The translations under genes and the position numbers were made by a program. A model generated the notes under the pieces. That model made no database searches and was not told the origin of the DNA. It worked only from the letters and a program-made list of their open reading frames with translations. A stretch of DNA of 64,000 nt from Escherichia phage vB_Eco_mar004NP2, in the sequence record OR896837.1; one strand, written 5' to 3'. Below are positions 47,803 to 58,136 of the stretch, one piece after another. Within the stretch, counting starts at the first letter, position 1. Each line of letters starts with the position of its first letter.

Positions 47803-48689
47803 GTAGAATAACAGAACTACTTGATCTGAAAGGCATTGAGTATAAAGACACAGGTGGGGACATCCTCATCTGTTGTCTCAATCCAGATCATGACGATAAA
47901 CATCCAAGTTTGCGTATTGATCCTGAAACAGGTATTATGCACTGCTTGAGTTGTGGCTTCGGTAAAGGTATACCGAGCATTTACCATTATTTTAATGAGA
48001 CTCAGTACCGACAGTCTCCAAGACTATCGCAGGTACGTAAAAAGATTTCAGAGATTAGGAATGGATCTACGAATCTTGCAATTCCTGAATCTGCTTACCT
48101 TTTCGAAGGTGATTTCCGAGGTATAAGTTCTAAGACCTTGAAGAAATATTTTGCTTTCCAACACCAAGCAGATTGGGAGGGCAGAATTGTATTCCCAATC
48201 ACAGATGCTGTTGGACGCAATATCCTATTTTTGGGTCGTTCTATAAACAGTTCTGCCCCTCCTAAATACTTAGTAAAACCAAAACAAGTTTCACCACCGA
48301 TTTTCCCTGTACGATATAATACTCCAGTTCTTATTCTAGTTGAAGGTATCTTTGATATGCTGAACCTAGAGGATAATGGTATAGACTATGCTTCTTGCTG
48401 CTTTGGTACACATCAGTTTACTTCGGATAACATTGCAGATAAGTTCAGTCCTTATATTATTGCTGGTGTAAAAGTTGTTGTTATCTTACTAGATAATGAT
48501 GCTTCTGGTAATAAAACTGCACAAGCATTGGCTAAGCTAATTCGTACAAAAACGCGTTTAACACCTGTAGTTGCTAACTTTCTCCTACCTGAAGGCAAAG
48601 ATCCAGGTGATTTAAACAAAGATGAAATTGATATGTTAGCAAAACGTATTGAAATTTTAGTTGCTGAATCGCTTAAAGATTTGGTATAA
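47799..48689 (+). CDS. DNA primase (DnaG-like)
   Basis: Zn-finger CLNPDHDDKHPSLRIDPETGIMHCLSCG; Toprim EGIFDMLNL...DNDASG. Confidence 0.75.
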   Translation: MSRITELLDLKGIEYKDTGGDILICCLNPDHDDKHPSLRIDPETGIMHCLSCGFGKGIPSIYHYFNETQYRQSPRLSQVRKKISEIRNGSTNLAIPESAYLFEGDFRGISSKTLKKYFAFQHQADWEGRIVFPITDAVGRNILFLGRSINSSAPPKYLVKPKQVSPPIFPVRYNTPVLILVEGIFDMLNLEDNGIDYASCCFGTHQFTSDNIADKFSPYIIAGVKVVVILLDNDASGNKTAQALAKLIRTKTRLTPVVANFLLPEGKDPGDLNKDEIDMLAKRIEILVAESLKDLV

Positions 48690-48715
48690 TAGTCCTAAAT
48701 AACTGAGGAGCTACT

Positions 48716-49045
48716 ATGGAATATGTATATATTTATGCGGATGTTCCAGTGTATGATAGTGTAACACACAAAGAGGTTAAACTAGAGCGGTTTACAACAC
48801 TGGAGTCCCTTAATAAACGAAAGAATTTCCATTTATTTGGTGATCCTAAATTACCTGCATCTTATATTTACTTTAAAGTAAAAGATACAGGTCAAGAGGT
48901 ATACCTAACATATGATTGGGCTGTTGTAGAAAATACTGAGCAATCTATGAAAGCGCTAGATGCTTTTCTGCGTATAGATGAAGAATTTCGGGTACTAGAA
49001 AAGCAGCGCAATGAAATGCGTAAATTACTTCACACCTATAAATAG
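48716..49045 (+). CDS. hypothetical protein (109 aa)
   Basis: ORF with RBS GAGGAG. Confidence 0.45.
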   Translation: MEYVYIYADVPVYDSVTHKEVKLERFTTLESLNKRKNFHLFGDPKLPASYIYFKVKDTGQEVYLTYDWAVVENTEQSMKALDAFLRIDEEFRVLEKQRNEMRKLLHTYK

Positions 49046-49048
49046 TAT

Positions 49049-49077
49049 TTGCTATTATCCCAATATTTTGATATAAT
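49049..49077 (+). promoter_or_regulatory. sigma70-like promoter upstream of DNA polymerase
   Basis: TTGCTA, 17 bp, TATAAT. Confidence 0.55.
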
Positions 49078-49138
49078 ATATTGGTAAGTTAGAGAAGAAA
49101 CACTGAAGTTATACTTACTTACCAAGAGGAGATTAAAT

Positions 49139-51706
49139 TTGAAAATCGCAGTAGTTGATAAAGCTCTAAATAACACTCGTTATGATAAACATTTCCAGCT
49201 ATACGGCGAGGAAGTTGATGTATTCCATATGTGTAACGAGAAGTTATCCGGTCGTTTGCTCAAAAAGCATATTACTATCGGGACTCCGGAAAACCCATTT
49301 GACCCGAATGATTATGATTTTGTTATACTGGTAGGTGCCGAGCCTTTCCTGTACTTTGCAGGTAAGAAAGGCATTGGTGACTATACTGGTAAACGTGTAG
49401 AGTATAATGGATATGCTAACTGGATTGCGAGTATCAGCCCCGCCCAGTTACACTTTAAGCCTGAAATGAAACCAGTTTTCGATGCAACAGTAGAGAATAT
49501 CCACGATATTATCAATGGTCGTGAGAAGATTGCAAAAGCTGGTGATTACCGTCCTATTACTGACCCTGACGAGGCGGAAGAATATATCAAGATGGTGTAT
49601 AATATGGTTATCGGACCTGTCGCATTCGACTCCGAAACCTCAGCACTATACTGTCGAGATGGTTATCTGCTTGGTGTTTCTATGTCTCACCAAGAGTATC
49701 AGGGTGTATATATCGATTCTGATTGTCTCACAGAGGTTGCAGTATATTATCTCCAGAAAATTCTGGATAGTGAAAACCACACTATTGTTTTTCACAACTT
49801 GAAGTTTGATATGCACTTTTATAAGTACCATCTGGGACTTACTTTTGATAAAGCACATAAAGAACGCAGGCTCCATGATACCATGTTGCAGCATTATGTT
49901 CTAGATGAGCGTCGTGGTACTCATGGCTTGAAATCTCTAGCAATGAAGTATACCGATATGGGCGACTATGACTTTGAACTAGATAAGTTCAAGGAGGATT
50001 ACTGCAAAGCACATAAAATCAAGAAAGAAGATTTCACCTATGATTTAATTCCGTTTGATATTATGTGGCCTTACGCTGCAAAAGATACCGATGCCACCAT
50101 ACGTTTGCACAACTTCTTCTTATCAAAAATTGAGAAGAATGAAAAACTTTGCAGTCTGTATTATGATGTCCTAATGCCTGGTTGTGTATTTCTCCAGCGT
50201 GTTGAGGATCGTGGTGTACCTATTTCTATTGATCGTTTAAAAGAAGCTCAGTACCAGTTAACCCATAATCTGAATAAGGCTCGTGAGAAACTGTATACTT
50301 ATCCAGAAGTCGTTCAGCTAGAAAAAGACCAGAACGAGGCGTTTAACCCAAACTCTGTTAAGCAACTGCGTGTTCTTCTGTTTGATTATGTTGGCTTAAC
50401 TCCAACAGGTAAATTGACGGATACTGGGGCAGACTCTACAGATGCAGAAGCTCTGAATGAACTGGCTACGCAGCATCCAATTGCTAAGACTCTACTAGAG
50501 ATTCGTAAGCTGACTAAGCTGATCTCTACTTATGTTGAGAAGATTCTTCTGAGTATTGATGCAGATGGTTGCATTCGTACTGGTTTCCATGAACATATGA
50601 CTACTTCTGGTCGTCTGAGTTCTTCTGGTAAACTGAACCTGCAACAGTTACCTCGTGATGAATCTATTATCAAGGGTTGTGTAGTAGCTCCTCCCGGGTA
50701 TCGTGTAATTGCATGGGACTTAACAACTGCGGAAGTTTATTATGCTGCTGTTCTATCTGGTGATAGAAATATGCAACAAGTATTTATCAACATGAGAAAT
50801 GAACCTGATAAATACCCTGACTTCCACTCTAACATCGCACACATGGTATTTAAACTCCAATGCGAGCCTCGTGATGTTAAAAAGTTATTCCCAGCTCTGC
50901 GTCAGGCTGCTAAAGCAATCACCTTTGGTATTCTGTATGGTTCTGGCCCGGCTAAAGTAGCTCATTCTGTTAACGAAGCTCTTCTGGAACAGGCTGCTAA
51001 GACAGGTGAACCGTTTGTAGAGTGTACTGTTGCGGATGCGAAGGACTATATCGAAACTTACTTCGGTCAGTTCCCGCAGCTTAAGCGTTGGATTGATAAG
51101 TGTCACGACCAGATCAAGAATCATGGATTTATCTATAGTCACTTTGGTCGTAAACGTCGTCTGCATAATATCCATTCCGAAGACCGTGGTGTTCAGGGTG
51201 AAGAAATCCGTTCTGGATTTAACGCAATCATTCAGTCTGCTTCTTCCGACAGTCTCCTTTTAGGTGCTGTAGATGCAGATAATGAGATCATTTCTCTTGG
51301 CCTAGAACAAGAGATGAAGATTGTTATGCTAGTTCATGACTCCGTAGTTGCTATTGTTCGTGAAGACTTGATCGACCAATACAATGAAATCCTGATTCGT
51401 AATATTCAGAAAGACCGTGGTATTAGTATTCCTGGCTGTCCGATTGGTATTGATTCAGATTCTGAAGCAGGAGGTTCTCGTGACTATTCTTGTGGTAAGA
51501 TGAAGAAACAGCACCCATCAATCGCTTGTATTGATGATGATGAATATACTCGTTATGTCAAGGGTGTATTACTTGATGCAGAGTTCGAGTATAAGAAACT
51601 AGCTGCAATGGATAAAGAGCATCCAGATCATAGCAAGTACAAGGATGATAAGTTTATTGCTATATGTAAAGATTTGGATAACGTGAGAAGGATTCTCGGT
51701 GCTTAA
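49139..51706 (+). CDS. DNA polymerase, family A, with 3'-5' exonuclease domain
   Basis: Exo motif AFDSETSALY, motif B RQAAKAITFGILYG, motif C LVHDS; TTG start after AAGAGGAG RBS. Confidence 0.9.
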   Translation: MKIAVVDKALNNTRYDKHFQLYGEEVDVFHMCNEKLSGRLLKKHITIGTPENPFDPNDYDFVILVGAEPFLYFAGKKGIGDYTGKRVEYNGYANWIASISPAQLHFKPEMKPVFDATVENIHDIINGREKIAKAGDYRPITDPDEAEEYIKMVYNMVIGPVAFDSETSALYCRDGYLLGVSMSHQEYQGVYIDSDCLTEVAVYYLQKILDSENHTIVFHNLKFDMHFYKYHLGLTFDKAHKERRLHDTMLQHYVLDERRGTHGLKSLAMKYTDMGDYDFELDKFKEDYCKAHKIKKEDFTYDLIPFDIMWPYAAKDTDATIRLHNFFLSKIEKNEKLCSLYYDVLMPGCVFLQRVEDRGVPISIDRLKEAQYQLTHNLNKAREKLYTYPEVVQLEKDQNEAFNPNSVKQLRVLLFDYVGLTPTGKLTDTGADSTDAEALNELATQHPIAKTLLEIRKLTKLISTYVEKILLSIDADGCIRTGFHEHMTTSGRLSSSGKLNLQQLPRDESIIKGCVVAPPGYRVIAWDLTTAEVYYAAVLSGDRNMQQVFINMRNEPDKYPDFHSNIAHMVFKLQCEPRDVKKLFPALRQAAKAITFGILYGSGPAKVAHSVNEALLEQAAKTGEPFVECTVADAKDYIETYFGQFPQLKRWIDKCHDQIKNHGFIYSHFGRKRRLHNIHSEDRGVQGEEIRSGFNAIIQSASSDSLLLGAVDADNEIISLGLEQEMKIVMLVHDSVVAIVREDLIDQYNEILIRNIQKDRGISIPGCPIGIDSDSEAGGSRDYSCGKMKKQHPSIACIDDDEYTRYVKGVLLDAEFEYKKLAAMDKEHPDHSKYKDDKFIAICKDLDNVRRILGA

Positions 51707-52196
51707 TTTCAAATTGCCCGTATATGCTTTACGGGCGTTTGTATCAATTGAGCAAGAAGGTGATTATTCCGTAATTACAACAAGATATAATAAATATGTG
51801 CTAGATAACAGGAAGTTGCCTGGCACGTTTTCTCAACGTAGACTTATTCTATTTGAGAAACGGAAAGAATTACCATACAAGCTCTACCCTATTAGAGGTA
51901 GAATATCAATGTTGTCTCAATTAGTTGGGTCAAAGCGTAGCCAATTTATAGATTCTGATGGAAATCTTATTAACTGGAAGAAAACTACGTTCTATGATGT
52001 TGTCACCTCTAAAGTTTTGCATTCAGCTAGAATTTATAATGGAAAATACCAATGCTATGTGGCTAAAGTTCCTTATCCATTTGTATTATCCTATGTTCCA
52101 GCTTATATAAGCTATATTCTGGTAAATAATAGCCCTGTTATTTATCAAGTCCATCAAGAGGAGCCTGAAATTCCTAGACTTAGAATAAAATTATGA
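51699..52196 (+). CDS. hypothetical protein (165 aa)
   Basis: ORF coupled between polymerase and helicase. Confidence 0.4.
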   Translation: MLNFKLPVYALRAFVSIEQEGDYSVITTRYNKYVLDNRKLPGTFSQRRLILFEKRKELPYKLYPIRGRISMLSQLVGSKRSQFIDSDGNLINWKKTTFYDVVTSKVLHSARIYNGKYQCYVAKVPYPFVLSYVPAYISYILVNNSPVIYQVHQEEPEIPRLRIKL

Positions 52197-53545
52197 AGGT
52201 TGTTATATCTAATAAAGCCTATTTCAAGCCCGATGATGAACTTTGGGATTATTGTAGTAAGCAAACCACTTATCACATTGAGACAATGACTAGTAAATAC
52301 CCTATTATGTATAAGAATAGTGGTGTTGTTGCCAAAGAGATTAAGTGGATTCCTATTACGCGTCTGGACTTACTAGATGCTAAAGGAGTAAAATACGAAT
52401 TAGTCGATAAACGCACATTAGCTCCGGTAGATATACCAAAACCTAAGTTCAAGCTGCGTGAAGAAGACCAGCTCCCAATATATGAAGAGTGTGATGATAC
52501 CTGTATTATTAATGGTAAGCCTGGATTTGGCAAAACTATCCTAGCCCTTGCACTTGCGTATAAATTTGGCCAGAAAACTCTGGTAATTTGTACTAACACA
52601 TCTATTCGTGAGATGTGGGCAGCAGAAGTTCGTAAATGGTTTGGATTTGAGCCAGGTATTATAGGTTCTGGGAAATACAATATTGATCCACCAATTGTAG
52701 TCAGTAATATTCAAACAGTGAATAAACATGCGAATAATCTTTCTAAAGTATTCGGTACTGTTATAGTTGATGAAGTTCACCATTGTGTGGCTACAACTTT
52801 CATTAACTTCCTAGAAATATCATGTGCTCGCTATAAGATTGGGCTATCTGGAACATTAAAACGTAAAGATGGTCTACAAGTTATGCTCAAAGATTTCTTT
52901 GGATATAAGATCTTTAGCCCACCGGTTAATAATACTGTTGCACCTACAATCCACAGGTACTCCGTACCAGTTGAGTTGTCTGGAAACCAAAACGTACCGT
53001 GGGCATTACGTGCTAATGATGTGTATAATCATCCTGAATATCGAGAAACTATTATAAACCTAGCACATTTATATGTGAATATGGGACATAAAGTACTCAT
53101 TGTAAGTGATAGAACAGAGTTAATCCAAACAGTACTAGAAGCTCTTGCACAACGTGGTGTTACAACATATGAAATTATAGGGTCAACTCACTTGGATGAC
53201 CGATTAAAAATTCAGGAAGATATAGCAAAAGGTGGGCCTTGTGTACTTGCAGCAGCTCAAAGTATCTTCTCTGAAGGTATTTCCCTTAATGAGCTGTCTT
53301 GTTTAATAATGGGAAGCCTCATTAATAATGAATCTCTCATTGAACAGCTTGCAGGACGTGTTCAACGTATTGTCGATGGTAAACTCGACCCTATTGTTGT
53401 AGATCTAATTATGAAAGGTGGCACTGGACTAAGGCAGGCTTCTGGACGTATGGCAGTATATCATAACAATGGGTGGAAAACTATTACCATGACTCCTGAG
53501 AAAGCAGTTCAATTAGCTAAAATTGCATTTGGCAACAGCTCATAA
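52193..53545 (+). CDS. SF2 DNA helicase
   Basis: Walker A GKPGFGKT, Walker B VIVDEVHH, C-terminal helicase domain. Confidence 0.75.
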   Translation: MKVVISNKAYFKPDDELWDYCSKQTTYHIETMTSKYPIMYKNSGVVAKEIKWIPITRLDLLDAKGVKYELVDKRTLAPVDIPKPKFKLREEDQLPIYEECDDTCIINGKPGFGKTILALALAYKFGQKTLVICTNTSIREMWAAEVRKWFGFEPGIIGSGKYNIDPPIVVSNIQTVNKHANNLSKVFGTVIVDEVHHCVATTFINFLEISCARYKIGLSGTLKRKDGLQVMLKDFFGYKIFSPPVNNTVAPTIHRYSVPVELSGNQNVPWALRANDVYNHPEYRETIINLAHLYVNMGHKVLIVSDRTELIQTVLEALAQRGVTTYEIIGSTHLDDRLKIQEDIAKGGPCVLAAAQSIFSEGISLNELSCLIMGSLINNESLIEQLAGRVQRIVDGKLDPIVVDLIMKGGTGLRQASGRMAVYHNNGWKTITMTPEKAVQLAKIAFGNSS

Positions 53546-53558
53546 ATGATGTATAATA
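53530..53558 (+). promoter_or_regulatory. sigma70-like promoter
   Basis: TTGGCA, 17 bp, TATAAT, then conserved ATAAATTTGAGAGAGA leader. Confidence 0.45.
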
Positions 53559-53629
53559 ATATACATAAATTTGAGAGAGAAAGTTTCGGATTGATAAGAA
53601 AGTCCGAAGCAGAAAAATAAAAATTTTAG

Positions 53630-53659
53630 TTGCTAAATTCTCTCGAAATCTAGTATAAT
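53630..53659 (+). promoter_or_regulatory. sigma70-like promoter
   Basis: TTGCTA, 18 bp, TATAAT. Confidence 0.45.
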
Positions 53660-53766
53660 ATATACATAAATTCGAGGAGAAAACAAAAATTAAATTCTTC
53701 GATTATGAAAAGCTATACTTACTAGCTAGAGGAAATTCCGACCTAATTATTAAGTTATTCAAAAGA

Positions 53767-54051
53767 ATGCTCATAGAGCCTGATGCTCACCAATTATTGG
53801 TCGGTTCCTCATTCATTTTGAATGAGTCAACAATAGTTGATAATCCAAATAAATTGTCTAATAGACAACTGGCAGAATATCTAGGAATTTTAAGTCTACG
53901 AAATTATGCCGAATACAAGTTTACAAACGATCCTAGTTTGAACATACAATATGTTCCAGTATGGATACCACGTTTAGTAATCGACACTAACCCACTAATC
54001 GCAATTAACAAATCGAAATTAATCTTTAAAGAGGAAATAAAATATGGCTAA
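53767..54051 (+). CDS. hypothetical protein (94 aa)
   Basis: ORF. Confidence 0.35.
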   Translation: MLIEPDAHQLLVGSSFILNESTIVDNPNKLSNRQLAEYLGILSLRNYAEYKFTNDPSLNIQYVPVWIPRLVIDTNPLIAINKSKLIFKEEIKYG

Positions 54052-54817
54052 GTCTTGGGGCGAAACTACTGGCGGTTCTAACGATAAAATCGAATTCCTG
54101 AAGTTCAACAACGGTATCACTCGTGTCCGTATCGTTTCTGGTGTTCTTCCACGTTATGTCTATTGGCTGACTAATAAAGAGGGTAACGTAGCTCCTTTTG
54201 AATGTCTCCGTTTTAACCGTGACAAAGAGAGCTTTGTTCGTGGTAAAGCTGATCCGGTTCATGAGATGGGCTTCTTCGAGAAAGAGCTGGATAAAGACGG
54301 TAATCGTGTTCCGCTGAAACCGAAGAAAAACTATATCGCTTTTGTTATCGACCGTTCTGATAACAAACTGAAAGTAATGGAAGTCAAGGCTACTATTCTG
54401 AAAGGCATCCAGTCTATCATGAAGCAGTTGAATCTGGCAACTCCGTTTGATATTGATATTTCTATCGAGAAAAAAGGTAAAGGTTTCGATACTGAGTATG
54501 ATGTACAGCAGATTGCTGCTATGCAGTTCCAGATTAAGCTGCAAGATCCTAACAGTGCAGAATCTAAGCAATATGCTGCAGATGTAGATCTGATCGGTGA
54601 AGCTATGTGTGATGAAGATGGCGACATCATTAAGTTCGAAAAAGTTCCTTCTCTGGAACAAACCTATCCGGTTCCTACCTATGAAGAGCAGAAAGAAGCA
54701 ATTCAAGCCTTCATGGAGGGTCGTGAGAATAAAGATGATGATGCCAAATCTGGTAATAGCAATGCAGGCTCCCAGAAAGGTATTGACACAGAAGCTGCAA
54801 GCGATCTGGACGACTAA
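54044..54817 (+). CDS. putative ssDNA-binding protein with acidic C-terminal tail
   Basis: Highly expressed-type codon usage; acidic tail ...EAASDLDD; sits inside the replication/recombination module. Confidence 0.4.
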   Translation: MAKSWGETTGGSNDKIEFLKFNNGITRVRIVSGVLPRYVYWLTNKEGNVAPFECLRFNRDKESFVRGKADPVHEMGFFEKELDKDGNRVPLKPKKNYIAFVIDRSDNKLKVMEVKATILKGIQSIMKQLNLATPFDIDISIEKKGKGFDTEYDVQQIAAMQFQIKLQDPNSAESKQYAADVDLIGEAMCDEDGDIIKFEKVPSLEQTYPVPTYEEQKEAIQAFMEGRENKDDDAKSGNSNAGSQKGIDTEAASDLDD

Positions 54818-54822
54818 TAAAT

Positions 54823-54849
54823 AGAGGGGCTTCGGCCCCTTTCTTTTTA
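54823..54849 (+). terminator. rho-independent terminator
   Basis: AGGGGC-TTCG-GCCCCT hairpin + TTTCTTTTT. Confidence 0.65.
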
Positions 54850-54853
54850 ACTT

Positions 54854-55831
54854 ATGAGAATATTATTTAGTGCTGATCATCATATTAAGCTGGGCCAAGA
54901 TAAGATACCCAAAGAATGGCAGAAGCGTCGCTTCCTGATGCTAGGAGAACGGTTAAATGATATATTCCATAATCATAACTGTGATTTGCATATTATTGGT
55001 GGTGATTTATTTGATCATTCCGACCCGTCGTCGGAAGAAGTAGAACTTCTAGAAAAATTTATGTCTAGGCTAGATCATATAGGAATGGTATTTACAGGTA
55101 ATCATGAATTAATAACTAAGACTATTTCATGCCTATATCATTATGCAGGAGTTATTAATAAAGTAACGAGTGGTAAGTGGGAAGTAATTACCAAACCATA
55201 TCGTTCCCCTGAATTTGATATTGTTCCATATGACGAAATCCATAAATCTAAGTGGAAACCTCCTGTATCAAAACTATGTTTCACGCATGTTCGTGGTGAA
55301 ATCCCTCCACATGTAAAACCAGAAATTGATCTAACTAAGTACAACTGTTATGATACTGTAATTGCTGGCGATTTACATTCTTATACTAATAGCCAGACTA
55401 TCGGATCTACTAGACTTCTCTACCCAGGATCTCCATTAACTACATCGTTCCATAGAGAACGCACAAAAGGTACAAATGGTTGCTTTATCATTGATACCGA
55501 CACATTAAAAGTAGAATGGATTGAACTAGGTGATTTACCACAACTGATTCGTAAAACAATCGGAGCAGGTGAAGAGATGGAACCTAGTGATTATGATCGT
55601 GTAGTCTATGAAGTTACTGGTGACGTTGTTCAATTAAAGTCTATTAAAGACTCTGATTTGTTAGATAAGAAGATTAACCATCGAGTTACTAAAGACGCTA
55701 AGTTAAATCTTGTTGATCTTGATATGTTAGGGGAACTTGAACTTTACTTCCGTGAAGTCGAGAAGCTGTCTCAAGGCGACATTGATAGAATCTTGGCTAG
55801 AGCTGCGAAATATGTCAAAGATTACAATTAA
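54854..55831 (+). CDS. SbcD/Mre11-like nuclease
   Basis: Metallophosphoesterase motifs DHH, GGDLFD, GNHE. Confidence 0.8.
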   Translation: MRILFSADHHIKLGQDKIPKEWQKRRFLMLGERLNDIFHNHNCDLHIIGGDLFDHSDPSSEEVELLEKFMSRLDHIGMVFTGNHELITKTISCLYHYAGVINKVTSGKWEVITKPYRSPEFDIVPYDEIHKSKWKPPVSKLCFTHVRGEIPPHVKPEIDLTKYNCYDTVIAGDLHSYTNSQTIGSTRLLYPGSPLTTSFHRERTKGTNGCFIIDTDTLKVEWIELGDLPQLIRKTIGAGEEMEPSDYDRVVYEVTGDVVQLKSIKDSDLLDKKINHRVTKDAKLNLVDLDMLGELELYFREVEKLSQGDIDRILARAAKYVKDYN

Positions 55832-57650
55832 GACACTAAAATTTAGTAACGTTATGTCTTACGGTAGGGACATCGTAATTCATTTCGATAAGAATCCAGT
55901 TACTCAGTTAATCGGAGGAAACGGTCTAGGGAAGTCCACTATTGCTACTGTTATTGAGGAATTGTTTTATAGCAAGAACTCACGTGGTATCAAGAAGGAC
56001 GCCCTATTCTCTTGGGGTTCTCCGAAGAAAGAGTATGATATGCATGCTTACTTCTCGAAAGATGAAGATGAGTATGAATTGCATAAAGTAGTTAAATCAA
56101 CTGCTAAGGTTACACTGATTAAGAATGGAGAAGATATCAGTGGACACACAGCAACTCAAACGTACAAGATGATTGAAGAGATTATGGGTGGTGACTTCCA
56201 AACATTCACTAAACTAATCTATCAATCTGTTGGTTCCAATCTAGACTTCCTCAAAGCAACAGATGCAACACGTAAGGCTTTTCTTGTTAACTTGTTCAAT
56301 CAAGAACAGTATAAAGAAATGTCAGAAACTATTAAGGCTGACCGTAAAGAAATAGCAAATACCTTAAATAATTTGCAGGGCCAAATGGCTGTAATTACAA
56401 AAATCCTTAATGGAAAGAATAACTTGGGAACCTTACAAGAACCAGTCGAAGTACCAGAATTTGATGAAGAACCATTAGCACAAGAACTTACAGAATCGAA
56501 AATTAAGGCGGCATTAGCCAAGTCTCAAGAGGCTAATATTACTAAATTGCGTAATTTGGACAAAGCTGTACAAGTTGCCGAACAATCTTTCGAGCCTTTC
56601 AAAAATTTGCCTGCGCCCACCGACCAAAATGAAGAGATCTCGAGTGTTACGCGTGACCTAACGATTGTGACCTCACGTGCGGGCGAAGTCAAGAAACGTT
56701 ATCAGAAGTTCAAGCAAGAGGCTTCAAATACTGAATGTCCTACTTGTGGTACTCACCTGGATACAACTGCTGCTCAAAAAGCAATGGATATGGCTAGAAC
56801 AGAATATGATCCTCTGTTCAAAGAGAAGCAATCTCTTGAAACCAAGCTAGAACAGCTGAAGAAAGAACAACTTGAGTACACTACGTATATTAGAGCAAAG
56901 GATGCTTTGGATAAAGCAGTAGCAGCTAGAGACGAGTTCAAAAATTCAATGAGTGATGCTTCTTTTGAAGAACTCAATGTGCAAAACCTACAGGTGCAAA
57001 TACGACAATTAGAACAGGAAATTGCTGATGGACGTTCTAAGGTTGCAATTGCCAAAGAGCATAATGCAAATGTTGAATTAGCCAATGCAAAATATAAAGC
57101 GAAACTAGAACAGATTGAGAAAGCTGAGGCAGAAATGTCTGAGATTACTTCCAAACTGGATGAAGTATCAGAAGCTGTTGCTGATCTCGATATTCTGATC
57201 GCCGCATTGAAAAATCTGGTAGGGTATAAGCTAGAGCATAGTGTGAAAGTATTTGAAGAACTAATTAATAAATACCTTTCCATTATGACTGGTGGTAAGT
57301 TCGCACTTGGATTTGAACTTGATGAAACAAAATTACAAGTAGTAATCTTCAATGATGGAAACCGTACCAGTATGGAGAACTGCTCTACTGGTCAGCAAAG
57401 TCGAATCAACCTAGCAACTCTGTTAGCTATTCGAATGCTACTAACATCTATTAGTAAAGTTAATATTAATCTTCTATTCCTTGATGAAGTAATTAGCTTT
57501 ATTGATACGAAAGGACTTGACACCCTTGTTGAATTATTAAATGAGGAAGAAAGTCTAAACTCTATCATTGTTTCTCATGGGCATACGCATCCATTGGCCC
57601 ATAAGATTACTGTCAAAAAAGATGCAGAAGGATTTTCCTACTTAGAATAA
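55812..57650 (+). CDS. SbcC/Rad50-like ATPase
   Basis: Walker A GGNGLGKST, long coiled coil, C-terminal LLFLDEVISFID; start set at ATG 55812. Confidence 0.8.
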   Translation: MSKITIKTLKFSNVMSYGRDIVIHFDKNPVTQLIGGNGLGKSTIATVIEELFYSKNSRGIKKDALFSWGSPKKEYDMHAYFSKDEDEYELHKVVKSTAKVTLIKNGEDISGHTATQTYKMIEEIMGGDFQTFTKLIYQSVGSNLDFLKATDATRKAFLVNLFNQEQYKEMSETIKADRKEIANTLNNLQGQMAVITKILNGKNNLGTLQEPVEVPEFDEEPLAQELTESKIKAALAKSQEANITKLRNLDKAVQVAEQSFEPFKNLPAPTDQNEEISSVTRDLTIVTSRAGEVKKRYQKFKQEASNTECPTCGTHLDTTAAQKAMDMARTEYDPLFKEKQSLETKLEQLKKEQLEYTTYIRAKDALDKAVAARDEFKNSMSDASFEELNVQNLQVQIRQLEQEIADGRSKVAIAKEHNANVELANAKYKAKLEQIEKAEAEMSEITSKLDEVSEAVADLDILIAALKNLVGYKLEHSVKVFEELINKYLSIMTGGKFALGFELDETKLQVVIFNDGNRTSMENCSTGQQSRINLATLLAIRMLLTSISKVNINLLFLDEVISFIDTKGLDTLVELLNEEESLNSIIVSHGHTHPLAHKITVKKDAEGFSYLE

Positions 57651-57653
57651 AAC

Positions 57654-58136
57654 ATGGCTGTAGATAGTAGAGAGAAAGGTAAACGTGGTGAATATCAGGT
57701 AAGAGATATTCTACGCGAGCGTACAGGTCTTGAGTGGGAACGTGTTCCTGGCTCTGGTGCTTTTGGCCAGAGCCACGGACTGAAAGGTGACATCTACCTT
57801 CCACCACAAAGCGGACACATTAGTAAATACTGCTTCGAAGTTAAGTGGTATAAAGATGATAATATATCAAGTAATTTATTTAATGTCGGTGAATCCACTC
57901 TAGAGAAGTGGTGGCAGCAATGCTCACGTGAAGGTGAGCAGATGAACTCCAAGTCTGCATTAATATTCAAAAAAGACAGAGGACAGTGGTTAATAGCTTT
58001 GGATAGCGCAGACCCGATGGTTGACAACTTAATGAGTCGTACCCATATGGTGTTAAATAAGAAAGACATGGAAATCGTAATTGGTTTATTTGAACCGTGG
58101 CTACATCATGCATCTGTTGAGGACTTAATTAAATAA
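57654..58136 (+). CDS. PD-(D/E)xK-type nuclease-like protein (resolvase-like)
   Basis: GDIY...EVK motif pattern; position between SbcC-like gene and flap endonuclease. Confidence 0.4.
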   Translation: MAVDSREKGKRGEYQVRDILRERTGLEWERVPGSGAFGQSHGLKGDIYLPPQSGHISKYCFEVKWYKDDNISSNLFNVGESTLEKWWQQCSREGEQMNSKSALIFKKDRGQWLIALDSADPMVDNLMSRTHMVLNKKDMEIVIGLFEPWLHHASVEDLIK

